Below are positions 36,611 to 47,789 of a stretch of DNA of 64,000 nucleotides, piece after piece. Origin of the DNA: Octopus sinensis. Lineage: Eukaryota. Under the pieces are notes generated by a model. It was not told where the DNA came from, did no database searches, and saw only the letters and a program-made list of their open reading frames with translations. The translations under genes were made by a program, and so were the position numbers. The stretch is taken from contig NC_043000.1 in NCBI RefSeq assembly GCF_006345805.1, positions 82,956,001 to 83,020,000 on the forward strand, in the 5' to 3' direction. Numbering within the stretch: position 1 is the stretch's first letter; each line of letters starts with the position of its first letter.

Positions 36611-38990
36611 CGATAGTCTCCCGGTATTCACAGGAGTTACGTTCCTAGAGCACCCACAAATAGTGAAAAACCGCGAATATTGGACATGGTCCAAAAAAAT
36701 GCCTATAAATGTCAAAATATAATGTAAAATATATGTATATATACATACATTAGTAAAAAATAAGGTAACATGTACGTTTACTCACCAATAATGAATGATA
36801 TCCATTTAAGACAATGATGATAAAAATAATGAAGGTAATGACTGCACAGCAAAGAAGATTTGAAGCTCTTCAGATGACGCCTCTTTTTCAGGTGTTTTAG
36901 GGGATGTTGTATCTTCATGCAAGGCTTTCTTGGTGGGCTTGAGGAACATTGTGATGGGAAGTTGCTGTCCTTGTTTCTTCAAGGTGTTGAGAAGGGTTTT
37001 ATATATCTGCATGGCAGCACTGATGGCATTTTTAAATTGGAAAGACCAAACCATATAGGGATCCCATGATTCTACCTTCCCTTGCAATTCCTTTGCTGTC
37101 TTTAAAAGGTCAGACAGACGTTTGATTGCCACCTCATCTGCCTCTTCCTCTGGATCTGGTGCTTCCTCCTCTTCTTTGCTGGCAGACATCATTAACTCCA
37201 ACAAATCTTCGTCTGTCAGAGTTTCAAAGTGGGCAGCGATGAGATTGTTGACCTCATCTTGCGTGATGTCTTCAAAACCTTCATCACCAAGTACCTTTGC
37301 CAGTTTCACCACATGACTGACAGCCTCATGCTGAATATTTTCAGGTGAAAGGTAGCAAGCTGGCAGAAACATTAGCACACCAAGTGAAATGCTTAGTGGT
37401 ATTTTGTCTGTCTTTACGTTCTGAGTTCAAATTCCGCCAAGGTCGACTTTGCCTTTCATCCTTTCAGGGTCGATAAATTAAGTACCAGTGATACACTGGG
37501 ATTGATGTAATCGACAAAACCCCATCCTGCATACTGGGGTCGATATAATTGACCGGCCCCCTCCCCAAAATTTTGGGCCTTGTGCCTAGAGTAGAAAAGA
37601 ATATTTTCAGGTGAGAAGCCCTCATAGTCCTGGACACACACTGGCCACACTTTCTTCCAGCATGCGATGAAGGTTTCTTTTTGTATGTCTTTAAGAGCAG
37701 TGTGGATGACTGACTGGCAGACACATTGCCATCATGAAGTTATGCCAGTACTCTTTTAACTTGAAATTCTCGTCTGAATCCATTGCTTCCAAAAAGTGTT
37801 GGAAAGAGTTCTGAGTGTAAAGTGCCTTGAAGGCATGGATCACGCCTTGATCTATAGGCTGGATGAGGGAGGTGATGTTGGCAGGGAGGAACTCAACTAG
37901 GACTCCCTCAAGATTCTATTCTAAAGAGTTACCACCAGCATTATCCATAACAAGCAATACTTTGAATTCCATGCATACATTTTGGAGGTATTCCTTGACT
38001 TGAGGGATGGAATCAATGCAAAGTTAGACTTTTGGTAATTCGAACCTTGAGGTTGTGCATCCAGTGAACAGACAGCAGGTATTATCCTCATTTTTGAAGG
38101 CTTTCAGGTTCACGGACTTGTAGATAAATCCTGGTTTCATCATGAAGCCAACAGCATTGCTACACATAATTAGCATCACTTTGTCCTTCTGTACCCTAAA
38201 TCCTGGGTCTCTGGCTACATCCTTCATGATGTACATTCTGGAAGGTATCTTCTTCCAGAACAAGCCAGTCTCATCCATATTGAAAACCTGTTCTGGCTTG
38301 TTTCCCTTGTCCTCAATGGTCTGCCTGATGGTCTCAAGGTACTTCTTGGCTACTTCTTTGTCGGCTGATGCTGTTTTTCCATGCAGGGAAAAACACTTTA
38401 TTTTAAAATGTTTCTAGAAAAGGTCAAACCATCCCTTGCTGGTTTGAAAATCTTCGAGCTCCAGTGCTGTCAATAGTCTTGTTGCAGTTCTTCAGTGCCT
38501 TCTGCTCCATTTCCTCTGTCAAACTGCTGGTATAATTTCCATACTTTCTCAAGGATAATGTTACCACTCAAGGAGATGGTTTTTCTTGTAGTCACTGATC
38601 CACAATGCCAAGGCAGATTCCATCCTGATGAAGTGCTTATTTCTCACTATCATTATCTTTCTGGCCCTTTCACAAAAACTTACTGCTACACTAGTCCTGA
38701 TTGCCACCTCATTCTTCTTTATGTAGTGTATGGTGCTTTTGTTGATAACATAATAGTGACCTACTGCAGCATAACTTTTACCTTCCCAGAACATATCCAG
38801 CAGTTGTGCCTTCTCATGGAGCGTCATAACCTTTTCCTGGTGCTTAGGTTCACTGCCAGAAGCCTCAGAAGGTGTAGGGCATTTGGGCGGCATCTCAGGG
38901 CTTTAATAACATGCTGCGAAAAACACAGCACTCAACAAAATACTTGAGGTAGCTACTGGACACAGTTTTTCCCCAAAATCTTCCTTTCAT
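36611..38990 (-). mobile_element. Tigger/pogo DNA transposon with disrupted transposase
   Basis: CENP-B-type HTH (38561..38893), SKGWF, VFNMDETGLFWKK, LLVMDNA, FLPANITSLIQPIDQGVI. Acidic C-terminus in 36806..37378. TIR-like end at 36611. Several frameshifts. Confidence 0.92.
37349..37598 (+). mobile_element. SINE inserted into the Tigger transposase
   Basis: 16-bp TSD gaatattttcaggtga at 37333-37348 and 37599-37614. Confidence 0.9.
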
Positions 38991-39064
38991 CTAATATGCA
39001 CATACCACCAATGGGAAATTGAGCTGAGATTAAAAATAATCATGGTTTTGAAAAATTTAGTTTG

Positions 39065-39493
39065 TATTACCACTAGATACAGTAATTTATACTATAATAA
39101 CTATAAGAAAGGGTGGGGACTAGCAAGTAACCTAATTTCAGTGAGGCTATATTGGTTCACAACCTTAAAAATGATCCTGTTGAAATAAACAATGTGTATG
39201 ATCAAATGTAGCAATGATTTATAAAAAAAGTACTGGTATAAAATTAACGTTCAGTCTCATGTTGGGCTAGCGATGCCTGATCAAAGATATATACAACATG
39301 AGACTGAACGTTAATTTTATACCGGTACTTTTTTTATAAATCATTGCTACATTTGATCATACACATTGTTTATTTCAACAGGATCATTTTTAAGGTTGTG
39401 AACCAATATAGCCTCACTGAAATTAGGTTACTTGCTAGTCCCCACCCTTTCTTATAGTTATTATAGTATAAATTACTGTATCTAGTGGTAATA
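39065..39493. repeat. near-perfect palindrome: 200-bp arms with a 29-bp spacer
   Basis: 39065-39264 is the reverse complement of 39294-39493, with one mismatch seen (tactggta vs taccggta). Confidence 0.95.
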
Positions 39494-40871
39494 TATACTC
39501 TTTAATTTGTTTCAGTCATTTGAGTGTGGCCATGCTGGAGCACTGCCTTTAGTCGAACAAATCAATGCCAGGACTTATTCTTTGTAAGCCTAGTAATTAT
39601 TTCATCAGTCTCTTGTGTTGAACCACTAAATTATGGGGATGTAAACAATCAAGCGACATGATGTGCAGCTATTCTAACCAGAGAGAGCTCCAACTGCGAA
39701 GGGTATCCAGTAAGCCAGCAAATACAGTATATTGTTATTAATAATTTAGCCTTAAAAAGTGTGAAAAAATATATATTGCCATAAAACATTGTGCACAATA
39801 TTTACAATTCTTCAAATAAGCGGTGATTTCTATGAACAATTATTAGTCCGTGAATAACCAAGACCACTAATAAGCAGGTGTAGACTGTATTTACAAAAAT
39901 CAATGTGATACAATTAATGTCACTCAAATAAGCTAATATTTCCAAGAACCACAATAATTTTTGTATTGTACAGTTGTTAAAAAAGCAAACCCAAAATAAA
40001 ATACTAATCAACTACTTGGTAATAAATCTACCACCAATACCACTACTAGTATCCACAAGTGACATCTACATAAAAACAATACCTATGTAGTGAGCATCAA
40101 AAAGCTAATTAAATACAGGTATATTTCAAATTAACATAATTTTGAGTTAAGTCTTCTTTTGCCTTTATGTCTATTCTCAAGGCATGTGGTTTGGTGGTTA
40201 GGGTATTTGGCTCATGATCATAAGGTCATGAGTTCAATTCCCAGTGACACATTGTGTCCTTGAGCTTTATTTCACATTGCTCCAGTCCACTCAGCTGGTA
40301 AAAATGAGTAGAACCAGTATTTCAAAGGGCCACTCTTGTCACACTCTGTGTCACGCTGAATCTCCCAGAGAACTACGTTAAGGGTACACATGTCTGTGGA
40401 TTGCTCAGCCACTTGCACATTAACTTCACAAGCATGCTGTTTTGTTGATCAGATCAACTGGAACCCTCTTCATCGTCACAGACAGAGTTCCAGCAGAAAA
40501 CCAACCTCAGTTGATCTTACCCAACTTGAATAAAAGTTAAGTAATATATCATGGAACCAACTACCGATATAAGTTGAGGTGTGCCTGTACTTATGCAATA
40601 AGGAAAATAAAGTAATTCTACTAAGTATTGTACTTTCACTGGCATAGGAATTTGGCATATTTTAGAGAATAAATGATTCAGAGATGTCATCAACATGAAA
40701 ACTTATGGTTAATTTAGTGTTTAACATGTTTAATATAGTGAACATCAAAAAAAGCAAATTAGCAGTTATTAATAGCAAGGAAAAGATAATATTAATTAAG
40801 GACTAACAGTATTTAAAATATTCCAACAAGAACAGGAGATAACCCAAGACATATTTTGATCAGATACATCT

Positions 40872-41096
40872 TTAACCCTTTCGCTACCAACCCACCTGAA
40901 ATCCCCTCTGGCTCTGTAGTACAAATGTCTTGTTTTCTAAAGTTCTGAATTAAAATCTTCCACGAAACCTTAGCCACAATTTGTATTCCTAACACTAGCT
41001 TAATAACTAAGTTATTTTACTAAATTCTTTGTTACATTTAAAATTAATTGAAAGGAACAGAGTATCTCAATAAAAATATGGTAACAAAAAGGTTAA
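40872..41096. mobile_element. TTAA-flanked piggyBac-type MITE
   Basis: ttaaccctttcg...aaaaaggttaa; inverted relative to 23138..23361. Confidence 0.7.
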
Positions 41097-41461
41097 TGAA
41101 GCATAGAGTTCATTGTATTCACCCAAGTTGTGGTGGAAGGAAGAATTGCTATGTCAATGTACACAAGCTGATTTGAAAATGATCCTATTTGAGAGAGTAA
41201 ATTACTCAGAAAAATTGACACTAACTTTGCTATGATTTTTCATGGCAAAAGCATGCCTGAGTATTTAATTCTCTAAAATATGCTTTGGTGACACCTACTT
41301 ATGCTCTAAATTCCTGAGACCACATGGCTGTAAAATGAATTTCATAATCACACATCACCCAACTCTGTGTCTCAAATATGCACATGCGTATGTGTACATA
41401 TATATCTATATGAATAGATAGGTATAAATAATGGACTTTACATATATATTTTTGCATTATA

Positions 41462-41573
41462 GACTTACAGCTGTTTCAGATGTGTATTCTGGGTGCATTC
41501 ATGGTTTAATTTAATCAATTGATCAATTGAAACTGTAATGAATGAACTTTGCAATACTACTGTCATCAGAGTC
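41462..41573 (-). ncRNA. type I hammerhead ribozyme motif (Penelope-like LTR type), possibly impaired
   Basis: Minus strand reads gact-CTGATGA-(long stem II)-GAAAC-agct-GTA-agtc. Stem I gact/agtc, palindromic stem III acagctgt. The base of stem II is mismatched. Confidence 0.65.
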
Positions 41574-41869
41574 CAACAAATCAAATGATTAAATTGAACC
41601 ATGAACACACCAAGAATACAAATCTGAAACAGCTGTAAATATATAATGCACAAATAAATGTATAAAGCCCGTTATTTATGCCTATTATTTTTATATATCA
41701 CTCTGTGAAAACATACCATATTAACTCAGAAATGCAATCAAGGATTTACAAAGTTGACTGGAGATAAACTTCAATTAATCACAACACCTTTTGTTAGTCT
41801 GGTGTATTTGTATCTGCAGAAAGCTTATGAAGTATTTTGCCTACATTACTAATATTTTATTAATAACTA

Positions 41870-42900
41870 TATATAAGTCTTCCAACATCCCACAGAGACG
41901 TAATGCCACAACCTTGACCAAGTATGTTTGGTCTTTGAAAGAAAGTGTTACAGAGTATAGCATAAAGTGGAAGATCCTGGAGAAATGCAAACTGTACTTC
42001 AAAAGCAGCAGGAAGTGCAAATTGTGCCTGGCTGAGAAGAGAGCAATTTTAAAGGGTACCCAACACCCGGATATTTACCTGAATAGCAGGAGTGAAGTAT
42101 TTAATCCTTGCCAACATGAAAGGAAGTACATCTTGTCGTACCTGCATGCTCCACCATAACTGCAACCACAGGCCCCTGGTCTCAACCTTCCACCAATACT
42201 CTTAGGCCCAGCAAAGAGTTTGACCAGAGCGCACACCAATGCACCCATGTACACACATGCACACCCATACAAGGCAGATACCCACAATATAGACATATAC
42301 TCCTTCACACACATTGTACTCCCATACATATATAGACCTCCCCCCACACACACATTACACACCACACGCTAACATAAACCCCTCCCCCAATGGCCTTAAC
42401 CAATACAGAAAGAAAACAGACCAACAAACACAACTAACCATATATACCTACACTCCTGGAAAAAATTATGCATTTGACACCACTACACATATCACACATC
42501 CCATCCCCACAGGAATACCACACTTAATAACATACACTTTCCCCATAAACACTGCAAGATAACTCTTACTGGCCTTACAGAGTACCCACCCAAAGGACAT
42601 AACTCCTAACCTAATCCCTTGACACTTTTACATTTCACCACCTTCTGCACAGCAGCTGCAAACCAGATGTTTTAATCAACCGCCAACAGTAGAGAGCAGT
42701 CGCCATATTCCCTTCCATATCAGCTAACTCTGATGAGTGTATGGTTATATAATTGGATTGTTACCTAACACTCCATTGTATTCTTTACACGAAACTGATT
42801 GGTGAGATCAGCCACGATGGATATATATTGTACATTTCAGATAATGTACCCACTCTATTGACAGATATACAAGTGCATCTTTTCCCTGACTCATAGTCTC
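41870..42900 (+). mobile_element. Penelope-like retroelement 3' fragment (GIY-YIG endonuclease C-terminus plus 3'UTR/pLTR)
   Basis: RRNATTLTKYVWSLK...YSIKWKILEKC...CKLCLAEK...LNSRSE...CQH (41872..42159), followed by a hammerhead motif at 42723..42812. Confidence 0.82.
42723..42812 (+). ncRNA. degenerate hammerhead ribozyme motif in the Penelope-like 3' region
   Basis: CTGATGA, stem II gtgta/tacac, GAAAC. Stem III actgattggt can be read as a CpG-decayed palindrome accgatcggt. The cleavage triplet now reads GTG. Confidence 0.6.
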
Positions 42901-45196
42901 AGAAAAACTCACGCGCATATATATCTATATGTATGTATGTATATATGTATGTATATATGTATGTATGCATGTATATGCATGTGGGTGTTTTATGGCTGTG
43001 TGGTAAGAAGCTTGCTTTCCAACCAAATGATTCCAGGTTCAGTTCCACTGCATGGCACCTTGAGCAAGTGTCTTCTACTATAACTTCAGGCTGACCAAAG
43101 TCTTGCAAGTGGACTTGGTTGATGGAAACTGAAAAAAGCCTGATGTGTATATATATATATAAATGTATAAAAATATATATATAAAAATACAAAATGGGAC
43201 AAGAATGCAAAACATTCAAATAGACAATACGAAAACGGACGGGTCATTCGAAGCCTCTAATCTTCAGTCAAGAACCGGATCATCCTCGCAATTTCGGCTG
43301 ATTAATCTTGAGATTGCTCCGATCTGGCCAGCCCCAAGGAAAAACTAAGCTACGAGCATTAGATTTCTTGGAAAAAGGATTGAATGTATACGAAACAAGG
43401 ACAGAAAAATGGACGATGTTACATGAAAATAAATACAAAAAACAAAAAGTAATACGAATATAAATACAAAAAACAATAATAATAATAAGTGGTCGACTAT
43501 TAATGGAGGAAGAATGTGTTGAGTGTTCCAAAGAAAATTTATGCATTCCTGAAAAGTAATCATCATATCCTTTATATCTCTGTGGACTGTACTCAGTTGC
43601 ACTTTACTTATGGCTACTGTGGTATTGTTTGAATGATTTCTTGGTAGTGAAGGATTTCTTCAAAGCCTGGACGATGCAACCTGTTTTGAGACTGTTCACA
43701 TGTTCGATTTCTAACGAAGTCATGAATGTCCAACTTTAAATACACCAAAGTGATAGTGTATATATTATGTTTTGGGTGAAAAGTCTGCTGCGTAATTCAA
43801 CGCATGTGATTAGATATTCGCAGGATCACATATTTGGTGAGATCTAAAATACTTGGAGTACAATTGAGATCGGAAGGGGAGAGATATAGAAAAATATCGG
43901 TCAATAAATTTCTCTCAAGTGTTCAATAATACGGCGTATTGATTAACAAATGCAAAATGGCGAATTCTATGGTTTGAGTCAGTGGAATGTTTTCTTCGTA
44001 TTTCAATTGATTTAAAGAAGCCCTCACTTCATTAAGACCTCTCTTGAAATTTTTGGACATTGCTAATAATACATATTCAAAATAACCAGCTGGTAACAGA
44101 AACTGACCTCCCAAACTTGTAGCTACACTGTTCCTTTCTAAACACGAAGACATTTTCCATATACACACTCACTCCCCCCCCCACACATGTATGCGTGTGT
44201 ATCTTTGTTTGCCCCCACCATCACTATCACTTCACAACTGATGTTGGAGTGTTTATGGCCCCTATAACTTGGCAGTGCAGCAAAAGAGACTAATAGAATA
44301 AGTATTAGGCTTACAAAGAATAAATCTTGGGGATTCATTTCTTTGATTAAAACTCTTTAAATCAGTGCTCCACTATGGCCACAGTCAAATAACTGAAACA
44401 AGTAAAAGAAAAAGGATAAAAGAATGTGTGTGTGTGTGTGTGGTGTGTGTGTGTGTGTGCGTGTGAATATGTGTGTGTGTTTATGAGTGTATGAGTATGT
44501 GAATGTTTGTATCTTCTTGTCTTGACATCACATGATAGCTCTAAATGAGTGTCACTGTCTCCAAAATTCTGCAAAAAAATATCTTGTCATGGGGAAATAT
44601 TACCTTGCTTGGAAACAAGTGAGGGTTGGCAGCAAAACAAGTATCTGGCTGCCTCAATAAACAACATCCAACCCATGCAACCAAAGAAAAGTGAACTTAA
44701 AATTGATGATGGTGACAGTGGTGGCAGAACAGAATAAATCAATAATCTTCAATAATATGCAGTTTGCCATTCAAGAGAGGTCAGAATGCTTCGATGTTTT
44801 GGCCACTATCAGGACTGGTTTACCATACAGTGAAACCACCCTTCAAGACAAGCCCCTTAACCCCTTGGAGCCATTGGGGCCCTGTAACCATGTAGTGTAA
44901 CTAGAGCAAGAATGCCTAGCAGAGACCATCCCTCTCCAGGCTAAACTCATTTCTACAGTTTAGTGGATTGAAGTAACGTGAAATTAAGTCTTTTGCTCAA
45001 GAACATAACAGATTGCCCAGTCCAGGAATAAAAACGACAATCTTACAATCATGTAAGTTAGTTATATAGTTATGTATATTCTGAGTTGGTCCAACACTAA
45101 CCACTAAGCCACATGCCTCCACCACTCATCATGAAATCCTATACTGACATTCTCAAACATATAATTTTATCTAAAAGTAAAGCATTTAATTTTTAC

Positions 45197-45372
45197 CTTT
45201 ACAATGTTCTTCAAATGGTACAAATGAGTTCATGCTTTTGAGCAGCTGTAAACGACATTGTAACCATAGTGAGGGTGCACTCTTTGATAAATGTTCCACA
45301 TCAACTGTGTTGTACAGAATGTTAGGTTTAGCCTCAGGTGTACTGCTTTCAGTGGTATTCTCTTGAGATTTG
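45197..45372 (-). CDS. CFAP54: CFAP54 exon (KSQENTTESS...SLWLQCRLQLLKSM...EEHCK)
   Basis: cctgcag| and AAG|gtaaaa boundaries, phase 2-1. LWLQCRL matches human LWLRCRL. Confidence 0.9.
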
Positions 45373-47038
45373 CTGCAGGGGTTAGAAAAAATTTGGCTTT
45401 AACAGCCAAGGAGTATCACTAGAGTGGCAGATTTGGTTAAGTGCAGTATATAGTTATGTATATTCTAAGTTGAAATCCTAGCAGACTTTGCTTTGCCTCT
45501 CATCTATTTAATATTAATAGCAGGCTTGACTATATGGTAAGAAGTTTACTTCCCAACCACATAGTTCTGGGTTCAGTTCCACTGTATGTCACCTTGGGCA
45601 AACGTCTTCTACTATGGCCAAGCGGATTTGGTAGACAGAAATTATATATATATATATACAAAGGGCTTCTTTTAGTTTTTATCTGCCAAATCCACTTATA
45701 AGGCTTTGGTCAGCCCAAGGCTATAGTGCAAGACACTTGTCCAAGGTGCCATGCAATGGTACTGAATCCAGAACCATGGAGTTGGGAAGCAATCTTCTTA
45801 CCACACAGCCACACCTGCACCTGTGTGTGTGCATGAACATGTGTGTGTGTGTGCGTGTGCGTGTGTGTGTGTGTGTGTGAGTTGCAGTCTCCGAGCCATG
45901 TGAAAGTTGTAAATGAATGTTGCTCTCATGCAAGTGGTGTCCTTCATTTCAAATCTTATGTGAAAACATGTCTGGTCAAGGAGGAATATTACTTTACTTG
46001 AAAACAGGTGCAGGTTGGCAACAGGAAGAGCATACATTTTCAGGAAATCTACCTCAACAAATTCCAGCCAACTCAAGCAAGCATAGAAAAATGGACATTA
46101 AAACAATAACAAAGAGATCAAATAAATCAACCAACTACATCCCTTCCCTACAAATGCAGTTTCATTCCACAGTAAAAAAATCCTTATTTAATTATATACC
46201 TATTTATTGAGAAAGAAATGGTTGGAATATTATATCTAATTTCAGAGTTCATATACTGAAAATCAACTTTGGTTTGCATGCCTTTCTGAGATTTAGAAAC
46301 ATGGATAATATAATTGGGTTAACATTTAATTGGCAAAAACACAGCTTGCTTACAAAATTTACATTATCCTTTTTAAGTGCAAAATTAAATTTCATGGTAA
46401 ATCCACTAATGCTGTTAAATATCTACCAAGAAAATATAACTGGTACTTTTTGAAAGTCATATTGCCTCACTAAACTTATCTCAATAAAAAAAAAAGTTTC
46501 AAAAATGACATTCCTCAACAAAAGACTGGTATATAAAACTGCTTTCTGCAGTTAAGGGTAATAAAATTTTGAGTGGATATATTTGATTCCTGTAGTAAAA
46601 CTGGTCGCATCTGGCCCCAATATTTTTAACTGTTTTTTCATTCAAACAGGCTTAATTTAGTCCTCACACCTTCTATACAATGTCATTCTTGAAACAAACA
46701 ATCACATCATTGAAATCTTGAAACTACAAGGTAATGCATGATAAATTCAAAACAATGTGAACAAATAAGCATTACATCTGACAAGAGTGATCTAACTGCC
46801 AAAGGGTTAAAGGAGAAATTGATGCTTTGCTTTCTTATTTTATCTTTTAAATCATTTTAACTGATGCAAATATATATTATTGTAGTCATTGCATTCACTT
46901 GAGTGATAGTGTAGATATTTTACTAAAGTTACAATAAAATATCTAATCCAACAAACTTCTATGCTAAAATTAATGATTTCATTGAAATGATCAATTGTTC
47001 TACTCAAAAAACATAAGAAGATAATTAATTATTCTAAC

Positions 47039-47213
47039 CTTTTAAGAGATGATGGTATTGCAAGTAAGTCTGGAAGTCTTAGTTGCTGAATATTATTCAT
47101 GGTCTCACAGCAAAGCTTAGCAGCAAAATAAAACTGATGTTTCTGTTGATAAATCCGAGAACGTTCTAAAGAGCATTTTATTTTCATATCAATATGAAAA
47201 GCAGGAAAAGTTT
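47039..47213 (-). CDS. CFAP54: CFAP54 exon (TFPAFHIDMKIKCSLERSRIYQQKHQFYFAAKL...SSLK)
   Basis: ctttgtag| and AG|gttaga boundaries, phase 1-2. Resembles human ARLQLAAVALQRHRAAYSAAI. Confidence 0.85.
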
Positions 47214-47245
47214 CTACAAAAGAAAAAGAAACATATATTATAGGT

Positions 47246-47316
<71 letters not shown>

Positions 47317-47789
47317 CAGACAGACAGACATATTAAAATTACAAAAATATAGATTATATATTGTTGAATTGTTGATATTATGTAGGGTGCTATAGGCAGC
47401 CATAAATATTTCGTGGGTGCCACAGACTAACATAAGTAAATGACTAATAGCTCATGCAAAATGTCTTAATTTCATTGAAAACAAATTGTAAAATATTGAA
47501 TTGAAATGATTCAATCCTTTGCCTACCCTGTGTATCACATGTTTCTCTGGCACCTATGTAACATATATGATATGCATTCACAGTTTTTTTCAGATACCAG
47601 AGTAATTTATGATTTATGAAAGGAAATTTTTATATTACTAAAAATATGTGAAATAAGGGATAATTAAATGTTTGAAAACAAGCATGGACATTTAGGACAA
47701 ACTTATGAAAATACTTTAGACCAACAAAGAAGATTAATGTAATCTAACCAGTTTTGCTTTAAAACATTTTGGTAATAAATGAATTAATA

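Noticed and set aside
36806-38893. Possible domesticated TIGD/CENP-B-like gene
   Set aside because: Multiple frameshifts and stops plus a SINE insertion show a dead Tigger transposase.
41872-42159. Possible selenocysteine-encoding Naiad element
   Set aside because: All Cys positions in the fragment are TGC/TGT; I saw no in-frame TGA or recognisable SECIS.
43230-43345. Hammerhead-like pieces (ctgaaga; cagccgaaa) on the minus strand
   Set aside because: The core boxes are not in the order or spacing needed for a hammerhead fold.
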